Source of the DNA: an uncultured delta proteobacterium
GTDB taxonomy: Bacteria; Myxococcota_A; Polyangia; Polyangiales; B10-G4
DNA: 64,000 nt
Direction of reading: 5' to 3'
Assembly (NCBI GenBank): GCA_963727445.1
Contig: CAVSGI010000020.1
Span: 640,001 to 704,000 of the forward strand
Part shown: positions 28,906 to 38,727 of the stretch, piece by piece
Layout of the letters: the number at the start of each line of letters is the position of its first letter
How positions within the stretch are numbered: position 1 is the stretch's first letter
Position numbers and translations under genes: made by a program
The notes under the pieces: model-generated
What the model was told of the DNA's origin: nothing
The model's input: only the letters and a program-made list of their open reading frames with translations
Database searches by the model: none

Positions 28906-29442
28906 ATGTCTGCACGAACGACAGCTTTCCGCCGGCTGTACGCCATTCAAATCGCTCTCTTGCTCGGCCCCGCATCGGGATGCGTCGGCGAAGAGACCCT
29001 GGCCGGGACGTGGCAGGATCTCGACGCGACGACCGCGCTGCCCGACTTTCTCGGTGGCGACCTGCTCGACGTCGACGCCGTGGTCGACCTCGACGACGCA
29101 GCCGTGCCAGGGAGCTTCGAGATGCGCCTCGACATCTCCCATCCCGAAGGGCTCGCCGATTCGATCGACGTGTCCGGAAGCTACGAAGACGACGGCACCG
29201 AGCTCAGCTTCGATTTCGAGGAGTTCCACATCGACGCCGCTTCCTCAAACGACGATTTCGTCGGGGAAGACGGCTCGAAGTGCATCAACCTCTCGGGCTT
29301 CGGCGGTGCGCCGGTCTGCTTTCCCGCGCACCAGGCGAATCCCTACACGCTCGACGGAGGCACGCTCTCCATCGTGATCGAGCAATCGATCTCCGGCGCC
29401 CCGGTCAGCGAGACCCACCTTTCGCTGGTCCCGATGCCATGA
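28906..29442 (+). CDS. Hypothetical acidic beta-rich lipoprotein
   Basis: RBS AAGGAGGAGG; lipobox ASGC; 'LAGTW' lipocalin-like start; one Cys pair; ATGA overlap with next gene. Confidence 0.7.
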   Translation: MSARTTAFRRLYAIQIALLLGPASGCVGEETLAGTWQDLDATTALPDFLGGDLLDVDAVVDLDDAAVPGSFEMRLDISHPEGLADSIDVSGSYEDDGTELSFDFEEFHIDAASSNDDFVGEDGSKCINLSGFGGAPVCFPAHQANPYTLDGGTLSIVIEQSISGAPVSETHLSLVPMP

Positions 29443-30806
29443 GCCTCGGTCGCCGAAGCTTCGTTCGGTCGGTGGCGGCGGGCACGGCGGCGTGCGTCGT
29501 CGGCTGCGAGGGTGCGTCGCCCGAGCCCACGGGTGACGCCGCCGTCCCCTGCCCGACGACCCACGACACGGCGCAGCCGCTGGAGCTGGACTTTCCGAGC
29601 GGCAGCTACTTCGATCAGATCTCTGCAGATCTCGACGCCGCCGGCCTCGGTACACCCACCGTCTTCGTCGACATGGACCGGGTCGACGCCAACATCGATG
29701 CCATCGGGAGCGGCATCGGCTCCCCCGACGCGTGGCGCGTCGTCGTGAAGTCGCTTCCGTCGCTCGACCTGCTCTCGTACGTGGCGGAGCGAAGTGGGAG
29801 CCGGCGGCTGCTCGTCCTTCACCTGCCGTTCTGTGGTGAGCTCCTCCGCGCTCGACCCGACGCGCTCATCCTGATGGGGAAGACGCACCGCGCGAGCGCC
29901 GTGCGTCACTTCTTCGAAACGCTGCCCGTCGGAACGGACCTGGCCGACGTCGCCTCTCGGACGACGTTTCTCGCTGACGGCGTGGAGCGTCTGCTGGCGC
30001 TCTCGGAGGTCGGCGCCGCTCTCGGCATCACACTGCGGGTCGCGGTGGAGATCGACGTGGGCCTCAGGCGGAGCGGCGTCTCCGAGCCCGCCGAGCTCGC
30101 GCCCGTGCTCGAGGCCTTCAGCACGACCGACCTGCGCTTTGCTGGCCTCTTGGGCTACGACGGCCACGTGGCCTACACGCCCATCAACACCCCCGCCGCC
30201 GTCGGTGAGGCGTGGACCGAAGCCACCGCTGTATTTCAGAGCTTCGTCGACGTCCTGAACGAACCCGCATTTTCGGCCCTGGCTTCGCTCCCCGATCTGG
30301 TGTTTCACAGCGGCGGCAGCGCGACCTATCCGATGTACGGCTCGGGCACACCGGTCAACGACGTAGCGGCCGGCGGCGGCGTGCTTCGGCCGGGGGCGTA
30401 CCCGAACCACGTCATCGGGGATCTACTTCCCGCGATCTTCATCGCCACCCCTGTCCTTCGCGTCTACGACGAGGCGCGGCTGCCATTCTTCACGGAGGCG
30501 CAGTCGCGCACGGTCTTCGAAGGTCGGCGGGGCCTGACGATCTACGGCGGCGGATGGCCCGCGTTCTACACGCATCCCTTCGACGTGCAGCCTGCGCCCT
30601 TCGTCTCGGATCCCACCGACGTCTCCATGGTTCCGAACCAGGGAATGGTCACCGCGCCCATCGAGACACCCATCGCACCCGGGGACTGGATCTTCTATCA
30701 CCCACGACAGAGCGACGCGCTCTTTCAGTTCGAGGAGATCCGCATGGTGCGCGGCGGACGCCTCGATACCGACGCGACCATGGCGGCCTTTCCCCGGCGC
30801 TACTGA
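29439..30806 (+). CDS. DSD1/alanine-racemase-fold PLP-dependent enzyme with Tat lipoprotein signal
   Basis: 'GRRSFVR...VVGC'; 'PTVFVDMDRVDANI', 'RVVVKSLPS' (PLP Lys), 'EIDVGLRRSG', 'GLLGYDGH', 'SGGSATY', 'PRQS'. Confidence 0.85.
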   Translation: MSLGRRSFVRSVAAGTAACVVGCEGASPEPTGDAAVPCPTTHDTAQPLELDFPSGSYFDQISADLDAAGLGTPTVFVDMDRVDANIDAIGSGIGSPDAWRVVVKSLPSLDLLSYVAERSGSRRLLVLHLPFCGELLRARPDALILMGKTHRASAVRHFFETLPVGTDLADVASRTTFLADGVERLLALSEVGAALGITLRVAVEIDVGLRRSGVSEPAELAPVLEAFSTTDLRFAGLLGYDGHVAYTPINTPAAVGEAWTEATAVFQSFVDVLNEPAFSALASLPDLVFHSGGSATYPMYGSGTPVNDVAAGGGVLRPGAYPNHVIGDLLPAIFIATPVLRVYDEARLPFFTEAQSRTVFEGRRGLTIYGGGWPAFYTHPFDVQPAPFVSDPTDVSMVPNQGMVTAPIETPIAPGDWIFYHPRQSDALFQFEEIRMVRGGRLDTDATMAAFPRRY

Positions 30807-30812
30807 CCCGCT

Positions 30813-31345
30813 TCAGTCGGCGCCTGGCAGCGGCTCTTCAGTTGCCGCGTTTGGCGCAGGGATGGCCATCAGCGAAGCGACGGTGGGGGCGACGCGGCGC
30901 TGGTCGAGCGCTTCTTCGCCGTGGAGGGCGGTGACTCCCGGGCCCGAGAAGAGAACGGGGACGCGGCGGTCGTAGGGCCACGGCGTGCCGTGGCTGGTGC
31001 CGCGATCCTCGGGTGGGTGATCGTCGGCGAAGTAGTGTTCGTCCGGGACGATGAAGAGGGGGCCAGGGGCGCCACTGGCGATGCTGAGGCCGACGCGGCG
31101 GGCGATGTCGTCCGACGGGGCGAGTCGTCCGCCAGAGCCCGAAGCGCGGAGGGCTTCGGCGTCCGCCGTGTAATAGGCCGCGTGTACACCTTCGAAGGCG
31201 GTGGCCGCCGTGGCCGCGGCTTCGAGGGCGCGATCTACCCGCTCGGGCGCCATCGCCGCGTCGCTCATGAAGACGAAGGGCTCTTCGTAGGCCACGACCC
31301 AATCACCTTCACCGATCGCTTCGTCTACCGCCGCTTCCATGCTGG
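30813..31345 (-). pseudogene. C-terminal fragment of an alkaline phosphatase family (PafA-like) protein
   Basis: 'GTSHGTPWPYDRRVPVLFSGPGV...VAPTVASLMAIPAP'; no N-terminal catalytic half or signal peptide present. Confidence 0.7.
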
Positions 31346-32135
31346 CCACGAGTGCCGACCGAGTGATCCTCGCCGATCGCGTGGCCTCTCTCGCGGCGGA
31401 GGGCGTCGCCCTCGCGGTCCCCACCGAGCACAACCACGTGGTGGACCTCGCGCCCGCCGCGGCGGCGCTCGATCTCAGCGACGAGCTCGCCACCGTCCCC
31501 GGCGTCGAGGTGACGACCTGGGCTCCACAGCTCGGCCATTTCAACGCCTTCCCCTGGCCCTACGATCCCGAAGACCCTCGCGGAGGTGCGCCGGCGTTTC
31601 GCGGCCAGACGCCCAAGGGGCTCTTCCGCGCGCTCCATGCGGCAGGCCCCGACGTCCTCGTGCAGGTGAATCACCCGAACTTCGAGGACGGCATCGGCTA
31701 CTTCGGTCTGGCCCGGCCGCCGCAGCGAAGCCTCGACTTCGACGCCATCGAGGTGTGGAACGGCTACGACCTCGAACACCTCGAGCGCGTCGAGTCGAAC
31801 CTCGAGCAGTGGATGAAGCTCCTCGCCGCCGGGCATCCGGTGGTGGCGACCGGCAACAGCGACTCGCACGAGGTGCACGGCCAGTGGGCGGGCTACCCCC
31901 GCACCTACGTGCGCGCTCCGGACGGCGTCGCGGATCCCCGCGCCGCCATCCACGCCCTCGCCCGAGGCGAAGCCCTCGTGACCAACGGCCCGCTCCTCTT
32001 CGCCGACGTCGTCGCGAAGCGCTCGGGCACGACCCGCGTTCGCGTCGAGGCGGTGATGCCCGAGTGGATGTCGGTGAACGAGCTCGTGGTCTTCGTCGAC
32101 GGCGAGCGCGTCCTCGAGACCGAGCTCGAGACGCA
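31345..32135 (+). pseudogene. Internal fragment of a PHP-like (CehA/McbA-type) metallohydrolase
   Basis: 'PTEHN', 'GVEVT..GHFNAFP', 'VNHP', 'DAIEVWNG', 'GNSDSH', 'TNGP'; lacks the N-terminal HxH motif and ends in non-protein-like sequence. Confidence 0.7.
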
Positions 32136-32234
32136 TGCGCCACCGCGCTCGCCGGCTTCCGCCGCGCGTCGCGCGAGCTCCCGCTCCTGCCGCCAGGGCC
32201 GGCCGCCGCGCTCCTCGGGATGCGCGTCGTGCAT
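32135..32234 (-). pseudogene. Possible truncated gene start resembling an ECF sigma factor N-terminus
   Basis: GGGAGG then ATG: MHDAHPEERGGRPWRQERELARRAAEAGERG; runs into the antisense of the PHP fragment. Confidence 0.3.
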
Positions 32235-32410
32235 CGTGCAGCTAGGCCTCCCTACGGTCTTCATTGGGCAACGCGGTGAACGGCAGATCACGCGAATGTG
32301 AAGGTTTGGGCTCGAGGGGGGAAGGTCACCACGCCGACCCGTTTCGTTTCCCGGCTTTTCACCGAGCGGAAACCAGGAAGAAACGAGAGGCCCCTAGAGT
32401 CGTCTCCATC

Positions 32411-32551
32411 ATGTTCTTGCGTGCACTGTCGCTTCCCGTCGATCTGGCACATTACTCCGTCGGCTCGGTGGTCGTGCTCACCCAGCTCCTGGCCATCGGA
32501 TGGGCGTCGGCGCGTGAGCTCGAGCGGAAGCGTCACCACGAGGTTCGATAG
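32411..32551 (+). CDS. Possible 46-aa small membrane protein
   Basis: MFLRALSLPVDLAHYSVGSVVVLTQLLAIGWASARELERKRHHEVR: one hydrophobic helix and a basic tail. Confidence 0.35.
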   Translation: MFLRALSLPVDLAHYSVGSVVVLTQLLAIGWASARELERKRHHEVR

Positions 32552-33174
32552 CGAACCACGCCCGCCGTTTCGTCGATCTCGACGACATCGACGGCCGAGC
32601 TCTCGCCTCCGCCGCCGACGTGGAGCGCCGCGAGCTGGCAGCCCTGAAGCCCCTCCACGTACGTGATGAACCGGTAGGTCTCCGCCGGAAAACCCCTGAG
32701 GACCACGTCGAGGGTGCGTCGCTCCTCCCAGCCCTCCTCGTCGGTCCGTGGATGGAGGGTGCCGAGCCGCTGGGTGAGAAGGGCGTAGACCCGGGATCCT
32801 TGTTTCAGCAGGGCGCCGGGCCCGCCGCTGAAGAGATCCAGAGTCATCCGCGTGAAGCCGCGCAGGATGGGTCGGGCGAAAGCGGCATCCATGACGCGGG
32901 TCCATATCCGCACGCTCTCCTCGGGGCCGAGGACGTTCCGCACCGCCTCGGAGAGGTCCATGTGGGCCTCCATCGAGACGTAGGCGATGGGAAGCGCGGC
33001 GTCGATTTCGGACAGGTGGGCTGGCTGAACCCGATCGAGGATCTTGCGCGGCTCGTCGCCGCCGCGGACCGCGTCCAAGAGGGCCTTGGCCAGGACGCCG
33101 CGGATCCGGGCCGTCGTCGGGGGGATGCTTGCGGTCACGGGTCCTGGGGCAGTGTGGGCGTATCGCCCGGCCAC
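32533..33174 (-). CDS. Hypothetical myxobacterial protein (DUF2378/TIGR02265-like)
   Basis: 'IRGVLAKALLDAV', 'LPIAYVSME', 'GPGALLKQGSRVY', ends '..YRTSW'; start uncertain. Confidence 0.55.
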   Translation of the reverse strand: MAGRYAHTAPGPVTASIPPTTARIRGVLAKALLDAVRGGDEPRKILDRVQPAHLSEIDAALPIAYVSMEAHMDLSEAVRNVLGPEESVRIWTRVMDAAFARPILRGFTRMTLDLFSGGPGALLKQGSRVYALLTQRLGTLHPRTDEEGWEERRTLDVVLRGFPAETYRFITYVEGLQGCQLAALHVGGGGESSAVDVVEIDETAGVVRYRTSW

Positions 33175-33218
33175 GGCAACGGGCTGGCCGTCCCGTCGTC
33201 GGGGACTATGTCAGGCCC

Positions 33219-35330
33219 ATGAAGAGTGAGGAAATCGTCCGCGCGCTCGGGGGCGGCAAGCCGGTGGTCGTGATGGGAGTGCCGTCCGCGCGGGTTCCCG
33301 GACACCGAATCATCGTGAGCGCCGACGCCGCGGACGCCACGCTCGGTCCTCTGGAAGAGGCGCGCATGGACGCCGCCGTGGCGCTCGGCGAGGACACCCG
33401 AAGCGAGCTCGCCATGCGGATCGCCATGAGCGAGCGCCGGCGTATTCTCGGTCCTCATTGGGAGGCCCACGCCGCCGCGGCCTTCGTCGACACCATGAAC
33501 CGTCTTCGCGAGGTCGACCCCGAGGCCGTTCTGCAGCTCGACCACGCCGAGGCGCTCGACGAAGCGACTGTGGAGACGCTGGCGGAGGTCTTCGCGCGCG
33601 AGGGATGGCTGAAGCTGCCCTTCGTCCTGTGCTTCGACGAGCCGCTTTCGCCCGCCGCCTCCACGCTTCTCACCCGGCTCGAGGCCGCGGGCGCTCCACG
33701 CGTCAGGGTCCAGAAGAGCACGCGCCCGCCCACCGAGCCCTTCGACGTCTCCCGCCTCGACGCCGACTCCCGGCGCATTCTGCGGACGACCGTCGTCCTC
33801 GGGCCGCGCTTCGCGGCCTCTGACGTCGCGGCGCTCCTCGGTGTGACGCCTCTGTGGGTGGCGGAGCATCTGCAGCGCGCTGCCGACCAGGGCGCGCCCC
33901 TCGCCGACCACGGAGACGGTCGCTTCGAGGTGCCGATGGGTCTTGTCGAAGCGCTGGGGGAGCGGATGCTTCCATCGCTGGTGACGCTCCTTCATCGGCA
34001 GCGCGCCGAGCTCTTGAGCCGGGGCCACGCGCCTCAGCCGCCAAAGGACCCGAAGCGCGTCTCCGTGATGCCCGAAGCATCGCGCCCCCGTTACGACGAC
34101 GTCTTCGAGGGGAGCGAGGCGAAGGAGGCGAAGGCCGCCGAGGCGATCCCCGAGCCCGAACGCGCGGTGCCGCGCCCCGAGGCGCCGAGGCCCTCGCGGC
34201 GTGAGGGGGCGGATCGGGTGCGCGCGGCGCGCCACTTCGAAAAGGCGGGGCAGCGCGTCCACGCGATCGAGCAGCTGCGCGCGGGCGCGGAGGACGCGGC
34301 GATCCACGGGGACCCGCGGCGAGGCCTCGCGCTCCTCGAGCGCGCCGAGCGCATGGTGATCGAGATGCCGAAGGGTGCGCAGCGCGAGACGCTTCACGCA
34401 CAGATCGCGCTGTCGATCGGCGAGATCCTGTGGCGCGGCGCGGTCCTCGGCCCGCCCTTCACCCTCGACGCCGCCCTCGAGGCCGTCGAGGCGGCTGCCC
34501 GGCATCTGCCCGACGATCCCGACCCCGAGCTCAGCTCCGACATCGCGCGCATGCGCGCCGGGGTGCTCTACGACCGTGGGGACGTGCACTCCCTCGACGC
34601 TGCGATCGCTTCGCTCAGCGAGGCGGTGCGCGCGCTGTCCTCTGCTGGCCGGCCGCGCGAGGCCGCCGAGCTGCTCAACGATCAGGCGGCCGTCTACCTG
34701 CGGGCGGGCGATCCTGTGCGTGCCTTCCACCTCCTCTCGCGCTCGCAGGAGGTGTTCGAGAAGATCCGCGCGACGGATCCGAACGATCTCACCGCTGCCA
34801 TCGAGCTCGCCGAGACCGACCATCTGCTGGCGAAGCTGCCGCTGCATGCCCCGCTGCGCCCGGGCAAGGAGCAGGACGCCTACGGCTCCGCGCTCGACCA
34901 TGCGATCGCCGCCGAGCGCGTGTTCCGCAAGATCGAGGACGTGCATGCCCTGGGGCGCGTGTGGGAGACCATGGGACGGCTCGAGACCCTGCGAGGTCGC
35001 GGCGAGCAGGCGACGGCTCATCTCGAGCGCGCCTTCGACTTGCAGCGGCGCACGGGCGACGTGGTCGGCCTCGCGCGCACCACGGCCGCGCTCTCGGACG
35101 CCTGCTTCGAGACCGAGCGCGCCGAAGACGCTCTGGGCCTGCTCGCGGACTCGATCGAGCTCAACGCGCGCAAGGGCTCCGCGATCGGCCTGGCCTACAA
35201 CCGCCTCGCCGTCGCCGCCGCCCAGAAGCGCCTGGGCGACGGCAAGCTCGAAGCGGCGGTGGCGTCGGTCGCCGGCCTGCTCGGGGAGGCCGAGGAGATG
35301 GTGGGCCGGGTGCCGGTCCCCGGCACCTGA
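33219..35330 (+). CDS. TPR-like helical repeat protein with degenerate STAND/AAA-like N-terminal region
   Basis: 'LQLDHAEALDEAT' (Walker-B-like), 'LGPRFAASDVAALLG', C-terminal MalT-like TPR helices; no Walker A. Confidence 0.65.
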   Translation: MKSEEIVRALGGGKPVVVMGVPSARVPGHRIIVSADAADATLGPLEEARMDAAVALGEDTRSELAMRIAMSERRRILGPHWEAHAAAAFVDTMNRLREVDPEAVLQLDHAEALDEATVETLAEVFAREGWLKLPFVLCFDEPLSPAASTLLTRLEAAGAPRVRVQKSTRPPTEPFDVSRLDADSRRILRTTVVLGPRFAASDVAALLGVTPLWVAEHLQRAADQGAPLADHGDGRFEVPMGLVEALGERMLPSLVTLLHRQRAELLSRGHAPQPPKDPKRVSVMPEASRPRYDDVFEGSEAKEAKAAEAIPEPERAVPRPEAPRPSRREGADRVRAARHFEKAGQRVHAIEQLRAGAEDAAIHGDPRRGLALLERAERMVIEMPKGAQRETLHAQIALSIGEILWRGAVLGPPFTLDAALEAVEAAARHLPDDPDPELSSDIARMRAGVLYDRGDVHSLDAAIASLSEAVRALSSAGRPREAAELLNDQAAVYLRAGDPVRAFHLLSRSQEVFEKIRATDPNDLTAAIELAETDHLLAKLPLHAPLRPGKEQDAYGSALDHAIAAERVFRKIEDVHALGRVWETMGRLETLRGRGEQATAHLERAFDLQRRTGDVVGLARTTAALSDACFETERAEDALGLLADSIELNARKGSAIGLAYNRLAVAAAQKRLGDGKLEAAVASVAGLLGEAEEMVGRVPVPGT

Positions 35331-35331
35331 G

Positions 35332-35775
35332 TCACTTCGCGACGCCCTCGAGCTCGGCCCGCGTCGGCGCACCGCAGGCGAGCCATTCGCCGAGGAGCGT
35401 GCGCTCCGCGGCGCCCGGTCCGCCGGCGGGCGGCATGGTGCGGTTCTGATCGCCGGCGCGCATCCAGACGCGCTCGAGGTGGGCCTTCACCGCGTCGTCG
35501 GAGTTGAAGTCGATCCCCATCGGCGCACCGAGGCGATGCTCCTGCGGCAGATCCGCCGAGTGACAGCCGGTGCACCAGTCGCGCATGAAGGGGTCACCGA
35601 AGTTCTCCCAGGTGAGGAAGCTGTCCTCGGGGCACGGCCGATCGGTGAGCGAGGCGTAGGCCCCGTCGTCGGGTGGGCCTGCCGGGCCGATGCCGGCATC
35701 GGCGACGCAGGCCGAGGCCAGCGCGGCGAGCCCGAGGGTCGCCAGCCAGAGGAGCGGCTCACGCGCGGAAGCCAT
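35332..35775 (-). CDS. Monoheme c-type cytochrome lipoprotein
   Basis: Lipobox ASAC; CTGCH; distal 'MPP'; 'LTWENFG..FM', 'EWLACGAP'. Confidence 0.85.
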   Translation of the reverse strand: MASAREPLLWLATLGLAALASACVADAGIGPAGPPDDGAYASLTDRPCPEDSFLTWENFGDPFMRDWCTGCHSADLPQEHRLGAPMGIDFNSDDAVKAHLERVWMRAGDQNRTMPPAGGPGAAERTLLGEWLACGAPTRAELEGVAK

Positions 35776-37027
35776 CGAAGACCTCCACGCCGGGCAGATA
35801 GGAAGCCGGGTCGACCCCGACGCTCGACAGGATCCCCGCGACGAGGTTGGCGGATTGGAGCTGGTTGCCGGTCGGCAGGGGCTCGCCCGTCGACAGGTCC
35901 ACCGAGAGGGCACCCAGCTCGTCGTCGGTGCCCCCGTAGACGCCGCTCGAGACGCCTGCGCCCATGACCATGCAGCTGGTGACAGGCCAGTGGTCTTTGC
36001 CGTTCTGTCCGTTCAGCCGCGGGGTACGTCCCATCTCGGAGAGCACCACCACCATGGTGGAGTCGAGGAGATCCGCGTTCGTCAGCTCTCGCATGAGGTT
36101 GTCGAGGGAGGCGAAGAGCCCGTCCTGGAAGCCGACCTGCGGTGTGTTGTCGGCGTGGGTGTCCCACTGATACGCGCTCTGGATCAGCGCCGTGTGCGAG
36201 AGGTCCTCGCTCAAGGCGCGGATCGCGAGCGGGATCTGCACGTCGAGGCTCAGCGTGTAGTTGCGGTCGCCGATGCTCGCGCCGTCGCGGACGAAGCGCG
36301 CCAGCTGATCGGAGCGCGTGAGGGAATCGACGAAGTCGTCGATGCGTCGCGCGTTCGCGCCGCGCTGGCCTCGGGTGGCGCGGAGCCGCTCGGCCGTCGC
36401 GTCCAGGTACGCCGCGACCAGCGCCTGTTCGCCGTCTTCGACGCGCAGGCCCGGGCTCGGCCGGATGCTGCCGGGCGCGAAATAGGCGGCGTTCGGGTCG
36501 ATGAGGGCGGACAGCTGATTGGTGGTGCCGGTGCGACCCGTGATGGCGGCGTATTGTCCGCTTCGGGCCTGGTCGCCGAGGGCGAGGTAGGGCACCGGCA
36601 TGTCGCGCCCGAGCTCGAAGGCGGCGATGGCGCCCATGTCCGGCGTGGACTCCGACGGGCTGCCGGTCATCATCCGCTTGATGCAGTCGGTGTGCACGAA
36701 GGAGCGCACCTGCACCCCGTTGATGATCGCGGTCTGGTCGGCCCAGCGCATGAAGAAGGCGTCGACGTTGGGGCGCGTGTCGGGGTTGGACCACCAGGTC
36801 AGGGCGCCGGTCGAGTTGTAGTCACCATCGGCGACGTCGACGAGCGGCAGGCTCGGCTTGGGGTCGAGGGTGACCGTGGTGTCCCAGCCGCCGTAGTTGA
36901 GCACCATGAGCAGGTTCTTCACCGAGCCCGGCCCTTCGGCGCGCGCCTTCGGCATGACCGAGGGCAGGGCGGCACAGGCGGCGGCCGCCAGGCCTCCACG
37001 AATGATGTTGCGTCGTGAGATCTTCAT
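35759..37027 (-). CDS. DUF1501 domain protein, Tat-exported
   Basis: 'SRRNII' twin-Arg signal; 'GGWDT..LDPK', 'WDTH', 'VVLSEMGRTPRLN..GKDHW'. Confidence 0.88.
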   Translation of the reverse strand: MKISRRNIIRGGLAAAACAALPSVMPKARAEGPGSVKNLLMVLNYGGWDTTVTLDPKPSLPLVDVADGDYNSTGALTWWSNPDTRPNVDAFFMRWADQTAIINGVQVRSFVHTDCIKRMMTGSPSESTPDMGAIAAFELGRDMPVPYLALGDQARSGQYAAITGRTGTTNQLSALIDPNAAYFAPGSIRPSPGLRVEDGEQALVAAYLDATAERLRATRGQRGANARRIDDFVDSLTRSDQLARFVRDGASIGDRNYTLSLDVQIPLAIRALSEDLSHTALIQSAYQWDTHADNTPQVGFQDGLFASLDNLMRELTNADLLDSTMVVVLSEMGRTPRLNGQNGKDHWPVTSCMVMGAGVSSGVYGGTDDELGALSVDLSTGEPLPTGNQLQSANLVAGILSSVGVDPASYLPGVEVFDGFRA

Positions 37028-37038
37028 CGTGGTTCTCC

Positions 37039-38727
37039 TCAGTAGTAGGCGATGCGAATGTCTTGGAGCATGGCGAAGAGCGTGACCTTCCATGCGCGCA
37101 CGGGGTCGTCGCTGGTGGCCAGCGCGCCGGAGAAGACCGCCCACGCGGCGTCGACGTCCTCCGCCAACTCCTCGTGGTCGACGCCGTAGAAGCGGAGCGC
37201 CAGGTCGGCGAGTTGCGCGCGTATCTCGGTCTCGTCGCTGGTCTCGGGCTCCACCGAACGAAGCAGCCACCGACGCGTGGGGTCGGTCTCCGCGAAGTCG
37301 GCATCGACCGCGTACGGCGCGGCCTGAGCGGCGAGCCCGCGAAGCACCAACGAGGCGGTGGCTGTCATGGTGTAGGCCGGGCGCGTGACGTTCTGGCCGT
37401 CGGTGCCGCCCGCGAGCACGTCGAAGCCGAAGAAGGAGTCGGTCATCAGGTCGATGTCGCCGATGTTGCCCCCGCCCAGATCTGCGTTGAGACGGGTGCG
37501 CCAGCGATATCCGGTGAGATCTTCGACCAGGCGCGCGAGCTGCTCGGGGCGGGTCTTCATGATGCCGTGCAGCGCGTCTGCGCCGTCCTCGACCGTCGCG
37601 TGAGAGACGCGGAACTCGTCCGAGAGGACGACCGCGCGCGCCAGGGCCTTCGCGCTCTGAGCGTTCACCAGGAAGACGTCGTTGAGGCGAGAGACCACGT
37701 CGAGGGGAACCTGCTCACTCGGTACCTGGGCCAGATACGAGTAGAAGCGCCGCGCTGTGCAGGTGGAGAAGCGGGGGTCGGAGGCGATGAGCACCCCGAG
37801 GTCGCGGACGTTCAGGGAGGGCTCGCCGAAGAAAGCGGTGTCCGCGTAGTTGCTGAACGACGCATAGGGATTGACCGCGAACTCGAAGGGATACGACTCG
37901 ATCTGAGCCGGAACGTAGATCGGGTAGTAATCGGCGAAGTGCGCTGCCAGCGGGTCGAGGGTCTGATGACAGCTGACGCACGCCGGGTTGTTCTCGATGG
38001 CGTTGGCGACCGCGTCGTCGTCGGAGAGGTCGATGCTGGTGTCGATCTCGACCTCTCGCGACAGGAAGTCGTAGCAGAGGAAGGAACGCGCCACGAAGGC
38101 CGCCCGGCCGCGGCTCTTGTTCGAGAAGGTGCTGGAGTGTCGCGTGAAGAGGTAGCTGTCGGCGAGGACGCCCGCGTGGGGCCGTCCGTCGGAGAAGTGG
38201 GTCTCTATCCATTCGCCCGATTCGGTGTCCCCGTCGTAGGGGATCCCGAAGATGGTGGCGACGATCGGATCGACGTAGGTGTAATCACCGGTGACGATCT
38301 CGTGGTACGGCCGGTCGTTCATCACCACGTGCTCGGCGTAACGTCCGGGAGCCTCCACCACCGACAGATTGATCTGCTGCACGTCCATGCCCTCGAGTGG
38401 GCCCGTGGCGGGAAAGCCCGCTGGGAAGACGGCGGCGTCGACGTTGGCGAGGAGCTGCGCGGAGTGCATCTCGCGTACGGTCAGTCCGAACTCGTCGCTG
38501 TCGAGGTAGTAGTCGACGATGGCGGGCAGCACGTCCGGGTCGGCATTCACGGCTTCGAGCTCGTCGAGCGACGGCCGGATCCCGCGGAGGGCCATGGAGG
38601 CGCGGACCAGATGCTGGGCCGGCGTGAGGTAAGCGACGCCGTCGTCCGCCGTGGGTGAGGGGTCGCCCGTGCTGGCGCACGCCGCGGCGAGGAAGAGCGG
38701 CACGAGGGAAACGACGAAGCGACTCAC
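37039..38727 (-). CDS. DUF1592/DUF1588-like (PSD/PSC-type) heme c-binding lipoprotein
   Basis: Lipobox AAAC; 'RASMALRGIRPS', 'HAGVL', 'RGRAA....LC', CVSCH..LDPLA, 'PRFSTCTARR'. Confidence 0.75.
   Translation of the reverse strand: MSRFVVSLVPLFLAAACASTGDPSPTADDGVAYLTPAQHLVRASMALRGIRPSLDELEAVNADPDVLPAIVDYYLDSDEFGLTVREMHSAQLLANVDAAVFPAGFPATGPLEGMDVQQINLSVVEAPGRYAEHVVMNDRPYHEIVTGDYTYVDPIVATIFGIPYDGDTESGEWIETHFSDGRPHAGVLADSYLFTRHSSTFSNKSRGRAAFVARSFLCYDFLSREVEIDTSIDLSDDDAVANAIENNPACVSCHQTLDPLAAHFADYYPIYVPAQIESYPFEFAVNPYASFSNYADTAFFGEPSLNVRDLGVLIASDPRFSTCTARRFYSYLAQVPSEQVPLDVVSRLNDVFLVNAQSAKALARAVVLSDEFRVSHATVEDGADALHGIMKTRPEQLARLVEDLTGYRWRTRLNADLGGGNIGDIDLMTDSFFGFDVLAGGTDGQNVTRPAYTMTATASLVLRGLAAQAAPYAVDADFAETDPTRRWLLRSVEPETSDETEIRAQLADLALRFYGVDHEELAEDVDAAWAVFSGALATSDDPVRAWKVTLFAMLQDIRIAYY

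Noticed and set aside
33135..35372. Long antisense ORFs (also 19651..21663, 37015..38658, 47046..48776, 15026..17035)
   Set aside because: They mirror motif-bearing or better-supported genes on the other strand and have no recognisable motifs.
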